NCBI GenBank assembly: GCA_947259975.1
Contig: CAMYOD010000077.1
Span: 81,999-145,998 of the forward strand
Length of the DNA: 64,000 nt
Source of the DNA: an uncultured Gammaproteobacteria bacterium
Lineage (GTDB): Bacteria > Pseudomonadota > Gammaproteobacteria > HyVt-429
Direction: 5' to 3'
Shown here: positions 40,414-49,408 of the stretch, in pieces
Layout: each line of letters starts with the position of its first letter
Numbering within the stretch: position 1 is the first letter of the stretch
Translations under genes and position numbers: made by a program
The notes under the pieces: model-generated
What the model was told of the DNA's origin: nothing
The model's database searches: none
What the model saw: the letters and a program-made list of their open reading frames with translations, nothing else

Positions 40414-42311
40414 ATCCTGATTCGCCCGCGACCGTGCTGGATAGCTCAGTCTACAACCTGGATCCGGAGACCGGTGTCTGGCGACGGGGGCGCGAGTCCA
40501 CATTTGCGTACAGCGACGGGGACGACGCGGAAAATTATCTGCAGCAGGTGTTCGAGCAAACGCAGGATGTCTCCTGCGCATCAGATGAACTCGTTCGCGA
40601 AATCCGCGATTGGCCGAGTGAGTACCATTTATCGCCGACACGACACAATCTGCTGCGAGGACTCCATTTCTCGTCGCAGGATCGCATTCTTGAAATTGGC
40701 TCCGGATGCGGCGCCCTCACTCGGTTTCTGGGTGAATCCGGCGCCGATGTCCTGGCGCTGGAAGGCAGTTCGCGACGCGCGGGTCTTACCGCGAACCGTT
40801 GCCGTGACCTCGATAACGTGTCCGTCTGCAACGACAATTTCCAGGATTTTCAGGCCAGTGGCCAATTTTCCGTGGTAACGATGATCGGTGTACTGGAATA
40901 CGCGCCCATCTTCTTCGATTCCGACGATCCGGTAGGCGCGTTTTTGCGTCGCGCGAGTGACCTGTTGGATCTCGAGGGTGTTTTGGTGCTCGCGATAGAA
41001 AACCGGCTGGGTCTGAAGTATTTCAACGGCTGTAGCGAGGATCACACCAATCGTTATTTTGATTCTATCAACGACCTATATGAACCCAAAGGTCCGCGGA
41101 CATTCGGCTACCAGGAACTGTCACGATTGTTGAACGACGCCGACCTGAGTCACCGCGAATGGATATATCCCTTTCCGGACTACAAGCTTCCAACCGCACT
41201 GGTACGTGAGTCGGCGACGGATAACAAAGTGCTGGATGTGGCGACAATCGCGGGTCATGGCATAGCCAGAGACTATGTACGCGAGCGCCGACCCTTGTTC
41301 AGCGACCGGCTGGCGTGGTCTGCGATCGCGCGTAACGGTTTGCTACCGCATATGGCCAACTCGTTCCTGGTGGCGGCGAGTCGGGTCCCGATAAAGGCGG
41401 AGTTTATGAATAACGCCTGGCAGATCAAGACGTTTTCGAGTGTCCGCAAGAGCCCGTATCGCACCGAGAACACGGTGGAGCGAAGGAACGATGCGTGGAT
41501 TGTCAACAAATGCGATCTACATGGGGCGCCGACCGCAACGGGACCACTGCGCAGGATTCCGTTGACAGAGCAGCCGTATATCACGGGTGAACTATTGAGT
41601 ATGCGCCTGGAACGTATCACGTTTGAGCCCGACAGCCATTCACGCTATCTGCGGTACCTGAAGGCGTATCTCGATTACCTTGCGGCACATATTGCCAGCG
41701 CACAGGAGCAAACCAAGCCTCTTGGTGATCGTTTGCTTCCGCCGGATCACTTCGACTGCATACCTGGCAATCTCATCGTTGATAGCCAGGGCGATTGGCA
41801 TTATATCGATCGCGAGTGGGAGTTCGAGATGCCGGTGACACTCGGCTACCTTTTATTCCGGGCTATGATTCACGATTTAACGCGGGTCACCGTATATGGG
41901 TCGTTTGATGTTTTTGCCGGCGCTACCAATCTGCGTGAGTTTATTGAGCTTGTATTTTCGAAACTCGGTATTCAATGTTCTGCGACGAACTGGCGAACAT
42001 GGATAGACAATGAAGGGCGCGTACTCGACCAGTTGCTGGTGATGCCCGATCCCGCGCATCCATTGCATCGCCTGGATGCTGCACTAGAGGACCTCTTTGT
42101 GCGTGTGGCGGATCCTCTGGCGTGGCGGGGCGTGCCGCATGAGGGCGCTGGTGCGACGGAGAACCTGCGGCAGCAATTGCGTGATGCCCTCTCCGTGAAA
42201 CAGGAAATCGAGATGTCGACAAGCTATCGGATTGGACGCGTACTGGTGGGCGTCATACACCGACCGATGCAGGCTGTCGTGCGGCTGTTCAGACGTGACA
42301 AGGTGGTGTAA
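40410..42311 (+). CDS. WbdD-like methyltransferase / kinase-like / coiled-coil protein
   Basis: LEIGSGCG SAM motif, IGVLEY and IENRLG. Kinase-like DCIPGN...IDREW. C-terminal helix STSYRIGR. Confidence 0.75.
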   Translation: MNPDSPATVLDSSVYNLDPETGVWRRGRESTFAYSDGDDAENYLQQVFEQTQDVSCASDELVREIRDWPSEYHLSPTRHNLLRGLHFSSQDRILEIGSGCGALTRFLGESGADVLALEGSSRRAGLTANRCRDLDNVSVCNDNFQDFQASGQFSVVTMIGVLEYAPIFFDSDDPVGAFLRRASDLLDLEGVLVLAIENRLGLKYFNGCSEDHTNRYFDSINDLYEPKGPRTFGYQELSRLLNDADLSHREWIYPFPDYKLPTALVRESATDNKVLDVATIAGHGIARDYVRERRPLFSDRLAWSAIARNGLLPHMANSFLVAASRVPIKAEFMNNAWQIKTFSSVRKSPYRTENTVERRNDAWIVNKCDLHGAPTATGPLRRIPLTEQPYITGELLSMRLERITFEPDSHSRYLRYLKAYLDYLAAHIASAQEQTKPLGDRLLPPDHFDCIPGNLIVDSQGDWHYIDREWEFEMPVTLGYLLFRAMIHDLTRVTVYGSFDVFAGATNLREFIELVFSKLGIQCSATNWRTWIDNEGRVLDQLLVMPDPAHPLHRLDAALEDLFVRVADPLAWRGVPHEGAGATENLRQQLRDALSVKQEIEMSTSYRIGRVLVGVIHRPMQAVVRLFRRDKVV

Positions 42312-42313
42312 CT

Positions 42314-43231
42314 GTGGGCGTGGGCGGCATTAAAGTCACCGTAATTTCGCACTTCTGGAACAACGCGGCGATACTGCCTTACTGGCTGCGTCATCATGTT
42401 CGTCTGTTTGATCATGGCATCATGATCGACCACGGCGCATCGGATGGATCTGTCGAATTGATCCGGCGTTATGCGCCGTCCTGGGAGATCCGCCAGACGG
42501 AGCGCTGTCAGGAGGCGTTTATCGCCAGCGCAGCGGATCGGGAAGTAATGGCGATAGAAGAAGAGGTTGCGGGATGGAAAATGGTCCTGAATGTCACCGA
42601 GTTCCTGATCACTACCGATGTTAAGGCCTATATCCGTTCCCTGCCTCGTCATGTGCATGGTGTCACGACCAGCGGGGTCGTGCTCGTCGAGGCGCCGCAG
42701 ACGCGATACGCCAAACTATCGGATGAGCCGCTCTTCCTGCAGAAGACTTTCGGTTACTTCGAGTCGGAATTGGGAAAAAAGCCCGAAGACTATGGTGTGC
42801 CGGGCGTTTGGCGTAGTCGTCTTCTGCACGATTACCCGAATGGTAAATACGAAACCGGGCGTCATGTCACGAAGGTAGACCACATTAACGATCCGAGACT
42901 TTTTCTTGCGTGGGCGGGTTGGGCGCCCTTTGAACTGATCAAGCAGATGAAGATGCAGGTACAGACCCGTATACCGCGCGAAGAGTTCGCGAATGATTTC
43001 TCGGTACAGCACCTGTTGAAATCCGAACAGGATTTGGATGACCGGCTCGCGGAAGAACAGGCCCGTAGTCACGACCTGTTATCCGACTCGCATTATGCAG
43101 CCGCACTGCAGCGCATGCGTGCATGGTATATCTCGGGCCGGACATCGGATGGGTTCGCGGGCTGGGTTCGTGCCTATGCCCGGCGGGCGCGGCGCTGGGC
43201 GACCAGTCTCGGCTCACCGCGCTCGGCGTGA
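42314..43231 (+). CDS. GT-A fold glycosyltransferase (Glyco_tranf_2_4-like)
   Basis: TVISHFWN...LPYWLRHH...FDHGIMID.GASDGS, WKMVLNVTEFL and GRH. Confidence 0.75.
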   Translation: MGVGGIKVTVISHFWNNAAILPYWLRHHVRLFDHGIMIDHGASDGSVELIRRYAPSWEIRQTERCQEAFIASAADREVMAIEEEVAGWKMVLNVTEFLITTDVKAYIRSLPRHVHGVTTSGVVLVEAPQTRYAKLSDEPLFLQKTFGYFESELGKKPEDYGVPGVWRSRLLHDYPNGKYETGRHVTKVDHINDPRLFLAWAGWAPFELIKQMKMQVQTRIPREEFANDFSVQHLLKSEQDLDDRLAEEQARSHDLLSDSHYAAALQRMRAWYISGRTSDGFAGWVRAYARRARRWATSLGSPRSA

Positions 43232-44208
43232 CACCCGGCAACGGCGTTGTGACCAGATCGCTGCCGCGCATCGAAATCGTCACGCTGACGCATAATTCCG
43301 AACGATATGTCGACGCCTATTTTCGCGCGCTGGCAGCGGTTGACTACCCGTCTGAGCGACTGCGTTTGACCCTTCTCGACAATGCCTCGACAGACGGTAC
43401 CGTCACGCGACTCAAGCAGCATTCGGAAGACGCCGCGCGCGTTCCCGTTTCCGTGCAGCTCGAAGTATCGTCTACGAACCTGGGGTTTGCGGCCGGCAAT
43501 AACCTAGTTTTGCGCCAGCTTCTCAAGGAGGCGCGAGCCGATTTCGTGCTCCTGCTGAATCCGGATACGGAGATCGATTCGCAATGTATCAGTCGGTTGC
43601 TTGAAACAATGCGGAGTGATTCACGCATCGGGCTGGTGGAGGCCCGCCAGACGCCACGTGAACACCCCAAGTGGTATGACCCGATCACACATGAGACCGG
43701 ATGGTGCTCAGGGGGCGGCGTATTGGTGCGCTGTGAGGCGTTACGAGAGGTCGGGCTCTTTGATGCCAAGTTTTTCCTGTACTGCGAGGATGTGGATCTT
43801 AGTTGGCGCATGTGGTTGCGCAATTGGAAATGCCTGATCAACCCGGAGGCGGTCTATCGCCACTACACGGAGGATCTGGATGAGGCACGAGACCGCAAGG
43901 TGCAGTTGTTTTATACACTACGCAACAGTTTCTTCATGCACCTGAAATACGATTCGTGGAAGGGTCTGCGACAGCACACCAGGTTTTTTAATCAGGTGAT
44001 GAATGCACAAAGCGATCCAGAGCTGCGCGCTATCTACAGCAATGCAAAGCGGGCCTATTATCGATTTGTGCCACAGTTGCTCTGGGATCGTGTGCGATTG
44101 GGTTGGCGCAAGAAATCACCCTGGATCGTGTTCGACGGGTTCAATTTTGAGCGTCGTAGAAGCTATACAGACACCGCCGATGGCGGGCGTATCGTTTATG
44201 ACAGCTGA
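43228..44208 (+). CDS. Glycosyltransferase family 2
   Basis: DNASTD, NLGFAAGNN, LLNPD and FFLYCEDVDLSWR. GTG 43228 overlaps the upstream TGA. Confidence 0.9.
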   Translation: MTPGNGVVTRSLPRIEIVTLTHNSERYVDAYFRALAAVDYPSERLRLTLLDNASTDGTVTRLKQHSEDAARVPVSVQLEVSSTNLGFAAGNNLVLRQLLKEARADFVLLLNPDTEIDSQCISRLLETMRSDSRIGLVEARQTPREHPKWYDPITHETGWCSGGGVLVRCEALREVGLFDAKFFLYCEDVDLSWRMWLRNWKCLINPEAVYRHYTEDLDEARDRKVQLFYTLRNSFFMHLKYDSWKGLRQHTRFFNQVMNAQSDPELRAIYSNAKRAYYRFVPQLLWDRVRLGWRKKSPWIVFDGFNFERRRSYTDTADGGRIVYDS

Positions 44209-44256
44209 CATCGATTTCGGGGCGCGAAATCCTGTATCTCCGGACCGGAGAAATAT

Positions 44257-46842
44257 TTGACTGCGACATCATCAAGCAGCCCCGTGGTTTCGGTGGTGAT
44301 CCCTTGTCACAACCACGGCCAATATCTCGACGAGGCAGTGGCGTCTGTGCGCGCCCAGTCCTATCCGCATTGGGAGATCATCATCATCGATGACGGTTCG
44401 ACTGACCCGGATACCGTCGCCGTCCTCGATCGACTCGGGCAAACGGAGTCGATCGCGGTTTTGCGAACGGAGCAGAACGGACCCGCCATTGCGCGCAACA
44501 ACGGAATCGGAAAAGCGCGAGGACAGTACATATTGCCACTCGATGCCGATGACAGTATCGGTGTCGACTATCTGAAACAGGCGGTTGCGGTGCTCGAGTC
44601 GCAACCTGAAACTGGAATCGTCTATTGTCATGCCGAGTATTTTGGTGCCCGAAACGGACCATGGGAACTTTCAGAGTACTCATTTCCGGGAATCCTGCTC
44701 GATAACTGTATTTTTTCGTCGATGGTGTATCGGCGTGCGGACTGGCAGAGGACAATCGGGTACAACCCGAATATGACACACGGCTGGGAGGACTATGACT
44801 TCGTTCTCTCGTTGGTCGAACTCGGTGTCGGTATCGTGCGGTTACCAGATGTCCTGTTTTATTACCGAATCACCCCCGGGTCCCGTGATCACGCAATGAC
44901 ATCGGCGATGCAGGTGGACGCCTATGCGCAGATGTATCGAAATCATAGGGATCTGTACGACTCGAATATCGAATCTGTGTTTCGTGAGATGTTAGATCTC
45001 CGCAGAGCCCGTCGACATGAGCAAGTACTGGAAGAGCAGTTGGATGCGGATGCGCAGGCACGAAAGGAGCAAATCAAACATTATCGCGATCGCATTACAC
45101 AATTGGAGGAGACCGTATCAGGGTTACAGACGTCGGGGTTACACGCTGCAATACAACACCTGCGAATGCGTCGAACAGCGCCCACAGCGTCGTCTACGCC
45201 CGTGACGCATCAAAGCTACGAGCAATGGTGGGAGGCCTATAGCGCGGGTAACTCCGAGCATCCGCCGCTTCCCGTGCCTACGGGTACAACCTCATCGGAA
45301 CCGTCATTCGCGCTTGTGACGTATGTCAATGGGCCAAATTACAGATATTTGTCGGGCCTGATTCGCTCGCTGCAGGATCAGAATTACGCCCATTGGCAAT
45401 TGGGTGTCGCGATTGCCGGTGTCGCGCAGGATGTCATTACGCAAACACTACCCGAGGACGGGCGTGTGCACTGTATCGCGGTGGCGGAGGATCGCGCCCA
45501 AGGCGCCGCACTCCAGGCCGCTGCCGAGTCCGTACACGGCGACTACCTTGGCGTGCTGGTTCCTGAACTTGAGTTTGCCAGTGATGGGCTTACAGCGCTT
45601 GCCGCGCCCGTTGCAAACTACGGTGCTGATTTTGTTTACGGTGACAGCGATGAGATTGATCAATCCGGTCGCCACGTGAATCCGAACTTCAAACCTGATT
45701 TTTCGCCGGATCTTCTGCTCGGAGTTAACTATATCGATGACAGTTTTGTTTTGAGCAGAAGGCTATTTAACGAGATATCCGGTTTTGATCTGGGTCGATC
45801 CGAGGGGGCGCGCTCGGATTTGGTCTTGCGTGCCACTGAGCGCGCGAGCTTGATATTCCATACGCGCAGGATCACGCACCACAAGCGTGCACTCGACAAG
45901 CAGCCAGACCAAGCGCAGCGCAGTGGTGATGAGGTCGCTGTATTGCAGGAAGCAATTCGCCGCCAGGGCGTGGATGCCACGCTGGAACCATTGGAAAAGG
46001 GGTACGGTTTTCGCGTACGACGCGCCTTACCGACGCACCCGTTGATCAGTATCGTCGTTCCCTGGTCGCCTGCGATGCCGATGAGTACACCGGCGGCGGT
46101 TTCAATCCTCGAGAAAACTGCGTATTCGGCACTTGAGTTCATGATTTCCTCGCCTTTGCAAAAGGAAGAGGCTGCCGCGTGGGCGGCGACTCGTGACGTT
46201 ATTTGGTGTCACCAGCCTGCCGCGACACATTGGGCGGACCTGGCAAATGCAGCGGGCGGGCAGGCCAAGGGCGAGCATCTCGTTTTCCTCGATCCGCGCG
46301 CGAATCTCGTTTCGGCGGACTGGCTGGAACCCATGTTGGAGCACTCCTTGCGCGCAAATATCGGAGCAGTTGGCGCAACGATTTATGATGAAGCTGAGCG
46401 AATCTTCTCGGCAGGCCTATATATTGATCCACAGAATGTCGTTGGTCACGCCCACCATGGTCTTCCGCGTGGCGCGGGCGGATACCAAAACCGTCTGCAA
46501 CTGGCGCAGAACGTAACCGGCGTCAGTGGCGCCTGTTTGATGATTAAGCGAGATCTTTTTCATCATGTTTCCGGGTTTGACACCAGAAATTTCGCGACTT
46601 GCTATCACGACATGGATTTGTGCCTGCGCCTGCTGAGCAGCGGGTACCTCAATATGTTTACCCCATTCTCGGAGATGGCGATACATTCAGGCCGAGAGGG
46701 GATGGGGGCATCTGACGTTGACAAGTCATGCGAGGAGACCGAGACGGACTTTTTCCGCGTGCGGCATAAAGAGATCTTCGGCCACGGCGACTATTACTTC
46801 AGCCCGGCACTCGTGGCCCTCCGCGATCAGCTGCTGTCATAG
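44257..46842 (+). CDS. Multidomain GT2: intact N-terminal GT2, coiled coil, two degenerate GT2 domains
   Basis: N-terminal DDGSTD, LDADD and WEDY. Later YGDSD..FKPDFSPDLL and VSGACLM..DMDLCLR. Confidence 0.85.
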   Translation: MTATSSSSPVVSVVIPCHNHGQYLDEAVASVRAQSYPHWEIIIIDDGSTDPDTVAVLDRLGQTESIAVLRTEQNGPAIARNNGIGKARGQYILPLDADDSIGVDYLKQAVAVLESQPETGIVYCHAEYFGARNGPWELSEYSFPGILLDNCIFSSMVYRRADWQRTIGYNPNMTHGWEDYDFVLSLVELGVGIVRLPDVLFYYRITPGSRDHAMTSAMQVDAYAQMYRNHRDLYDSNIESVFREMLDLRRARRHEQVLEEQLDADAQARKEQIKHYRDRITQLEETVSGLQTSGLHAAIQHLRMRRTAPTASSTPVTHQSYEQWWEAYSAGNSEHPPLPVPTGTTSSEPSFALVTYVNGPNYRYLSGLIRSLQDQNYAHWQLGVAIAGVAQDVITQTLPEDGRVHCIAVAEDRAQGAALQAAAESVHGDYLGVLVPELEFASDGLTALAAPVANYGADFVYGDSDEIDQSGRHVNPNFKPDFSPDLLLGVNYIDDSFVLSRRLFNEISGFDLGRSEGARSDLVLRATERASLIFHTRRITHHKRALDKQPDQAQRSGDEVAVLQEAIRRQGVDATLEPLEKGYGFRVRRALPTHPLISIVVPWSPAMPMSTPAAVSILEKTAYSALEFMISSPLQKEEAAAWAATRDVIWCHQPAATHWADLANAAGGQAKGEHLVFLDPRANLVSADWLEPMLEHSLRANIGAVGATIYDEAERIFSAGLYIDPQNVVGHAHHGLPRGAGGYQNRLQLAQNVTGVSGACLMIKRDLFHHVSGFDTRNFATCYHDMDLCLRLLSSGYLNMFTPFSEMAIHSGREGMGASDVDKSCEETETDFFRVRHKEIFGHGDYYFSPALVALRDQLLS

Positions 46843-46856
46843 GCCCGGCGCAAGTT

Positions 46857-49382
46857 ATGACCTCAATCACTCGTAATCAGTCAACCGTTCCGGATAAAGC
46901 GCCGGTGGACTCGCCAGCGTGCCATGTGGAGCTGCTCTGGGCCCCGCATGGCACCGAGCCAACCGGCATGTGGCATGGCGCGGGAAAGGCACAGTTGGTG
47001 GATCGCCGGCAGGAAATAGGTTTTGATTTACCAGATGAATTACATGAGAGCCCGTGGTTACGAATCGTCCTGCATGCCGCGCCCGGTTTTTTCCATATCT
47101 ACCGCGTGGCGCTGGTCACGAACAATGGGACCGCATCCCCGGATACGGTCTGGCAGACACAGACACTGCAGGATCTGGCCGCTGTTACCGACATATATTC
47201 TGGAAAGATTTGTCGATCGGCGGTTGGCGAGGTGATCATGTCAACTGGCGCGAACCCTGAATTAATTATCAAACCCCCCCGTGAGCACGCTCGCGCCAAG
47301 GCGAGCACCTATCGCGTGCTTATCGAGCTCGATGCACCTCATTCCTGGGATTATGCGGCGGCAAAGGAATTCCTCCTGCAGGAGGAGCAGGTGTTGCGGG
47401 ACCAGCTAACGGAGCAGGCGACACGTTTGGCAAAGTTAGAGAAGGCTGCCACCGAGCTGGAGACGATAAAGCGCTCAAAGGTTTGGCGGATTGCGGAAGC
47501 GCTCCGCAAGGCGGTGTATCTCACCGGGTTAAGTCGTTTTCCGCGACTGCAGAGTTCATTGCTCGCGGTTACACGGCGCGGGCTTGGCCCCGCCCTGCAG
47601 GCCCTGACTGCAGGTGTGCGACAACACGGTCCCTTCGGTTATTGGCATCAATCGGGCGTGGCGGCGAGAACTACAGAGGCACACGACACGAATTTGGATT
47701 ACCGGCGATTTCGGCAGTTGCATCAGCTTACCGACGAGCGAGCGGCCACAATCGCGCATGACATCACCGCGTTTGAGCGACGGCCCCTGATTAGCATCGT
47801 AATGCCTGTTTATAACGCGCCGCTGGAGTGGTTGCGGCGGGCGATAAGCTCAGTCGAGACCCAGCTTTATGAGAACTGGGAGCTATGCATTGTCGACGAC
47901 TGTTCCACACAGCAGCGCGTTGTGGACTTCCTTAAGTCACTAAATCATCCGCGAATGCGGGTTCGGCTCCTCAAGCAAAACAAGAATATCGCCGGCGCGA
48001 CCAATGAGGCAATCGCTATGTGCACCGGAGAATATATCGCCCTTCTTGATAATGATGACGAGCTGACGATTGATGCATTGTTCGAGGTGGTAGCAGCGAT
48101 TAATGCCCAGGATCCGGATATGATCTATTCGGACGAAGATTTTATCGACCTGGACGGTGAGTTAAGCAATCCACACTTCAAGCCGGACTTCTCGCCGGAT
48201 CTACTGCTGTCGCATAACTATATTACTCATCTGCTTGTATTGCAGCGCGGGTTACTCGACCGAGCGGGTCTACTTGACTCTCGCTATGATGGGGCGCAGG
48301 ACTATGATCTGGTTTTGCGCGCCAGTGAGATGGCGCGGTGCGTTCATCATATTCCGAAGGTGTTATACCACTGGCGGCAAAGCGAGGGTTCGACAAGTTT
48401 CGATGAGGAAGCTAAACCCAAGGCACTGGTACGAACGCGCAGGGTGTTAGAAGAGACTCTGCGTCGTCGGGGCATCGAAGGCACCGTCGAACCGGCCAAC
48501 ATGCGTTACTTTTTCCGCATCAAGCGAGAAATCCCGGACGATGTGCCGCCGCTGGTGAGTATTATCGTCCCCTTTAAGGATCAGCCGAAACTGCTCGAGG
48601 CGTGTGTGCAGTCGATCCTCAATAGGTCGACATACAGCAACTTCGAGATTATCGGTATTTCGAACAATAGTGAGCGACCCGAGACGTTTGCGTTGATGCG
48701 CCAGCTCGCAGCGGAGGATCGTCGGATTCGCTTCCTGGAGTATAACGTTCCGTTTAATTTCTCGAAGATTAATAACTATGGAGTATCGCAGGCAAAGGGC
48801 GAATATGTAGTATTACTCAATAATGATGTCGAGATAATCAGTTGGGACTGGATCGAAAGTATGCTGGAGCATTCGATGCGTGTTGAAGTCGGAGTGGTGG
48901 GCGGAAAGCTTTATTATCCCGACCACAGCATTCAGCATGCCGGCATCATCGTGGGTATTGGCGGTTACGCTGGCCATGCGCACAAGCACTTTCTTGGCAA
49001 TCGTACCGGCTACTTCAATCGACTGCATCTGATTCAGGATGTCAGCGCAGTAACCGGGGCGTGGATGATGGTGAAAAAATCGCTCTACGAGGAACTGGGG
49101 GGTCTGGACGAGAAACATCTCGGAGTTGCATGCAATGACGTCGATTTTTGCCTTCGGGCGCGCGAATTGGGTTACTACAATATCTTTACACCCTACGCGG
49201 AGGCCTATCACCATGAATCGAAAAGTCGCGGCTATGAGGACACCCCGGAAAAGATCGCACGTTTCGAGCGCGAGAAGGGCTATTTTCAGGAGCGGCATAA
49301 AGAGATCCTCGAGCGAGGTGATCCGTTTTACAACCCGAATTTAGCCCTGGATTCAGAAGGTTTCGAGTTACGTCTGAACTAG
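46857..49382 (+). CDS. Tandem GT2-GT2 glycosyltransferase (RfbC/WsaE-like) with N-terminal domain and coiled coil
   Basis: VDDCS, LDNDD, YSDED, FKPDFSPDLL, GAQDYDL, FNFSKINN, LLNND, AVTGA, NDVDFCLR and DPFYNPNL. Confidence 0.9.
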   Translation: MTSITRNQSTVPDKAPVDSPACHVELLWAPHGTEPTGMWHGAGKAQLVDRRQEIGFDLPDELHESPWLRIVLHAAPGFFHIYRVALVTNNGTASPDTVWQTQTLQDLAAVTDIYSGKICRSAVGEVIMSTGANPELIIKPPREHARAKASTYRVLIELDAPHSWDYAAAKEFLLQEEQVLRDQLTEQATRLAKLEKAATELETIKRSKVWRIAEALRKAVYLTGLSRFPRLQSSLLAVTRRGLGPALQALTAGVRQHGPFGYWHQSGVAARTTEAHDTNLDYRRFRQLHQLTDERAATIAHDITAFERRPLISIVMPVYNAPLEWLRRAISSVETQLYENWELCIVDDCSTQQRVVDFLKSLNHPRMRVRLLKQNKNIAGATNEAIAMCTGEYIALLDNDDELTIDALFEVVAAINAQDPDMIYSDEDFIDLDGELSNPHFKPDFSPDLLLSHNYITHLLVLQRGLLDRAGLLDSRYDGAQDYDLVLRASEMARCVHHIPKVLYHWRQSEGSTSFDEEAKPKALVRTRRVLEETLRRRGIEGTVEPANMRYFFRIKREIPDDVPPLVSIIVPFKDQPKLLEACVQSILNRSTYSNFEIIGISNNSERPETFALMRQLAAEDRRIRFLEYNVPFNFSKINNYGVSQAKGEYVVLLNNDVEIISWDWIESMLEHSMRVEVGVVGGKLYYPDHSIQHAGIIVGIGGYAGHAHKHFLGNRTGYFNRLHLIQDVSAVTGAWMMVKKSLYEELGGLDEKHLGVACNDVDFCLRARELGYYNIFTPYAEAYHHESKSRGYEDTPEKIARFEREKGYFQERHKEILERGDPFYNPNLALDSEGFELRLN

Positions 49383-49408
49383 ACGGCGCACTCTCGTAAG
49401 TTGATGCA

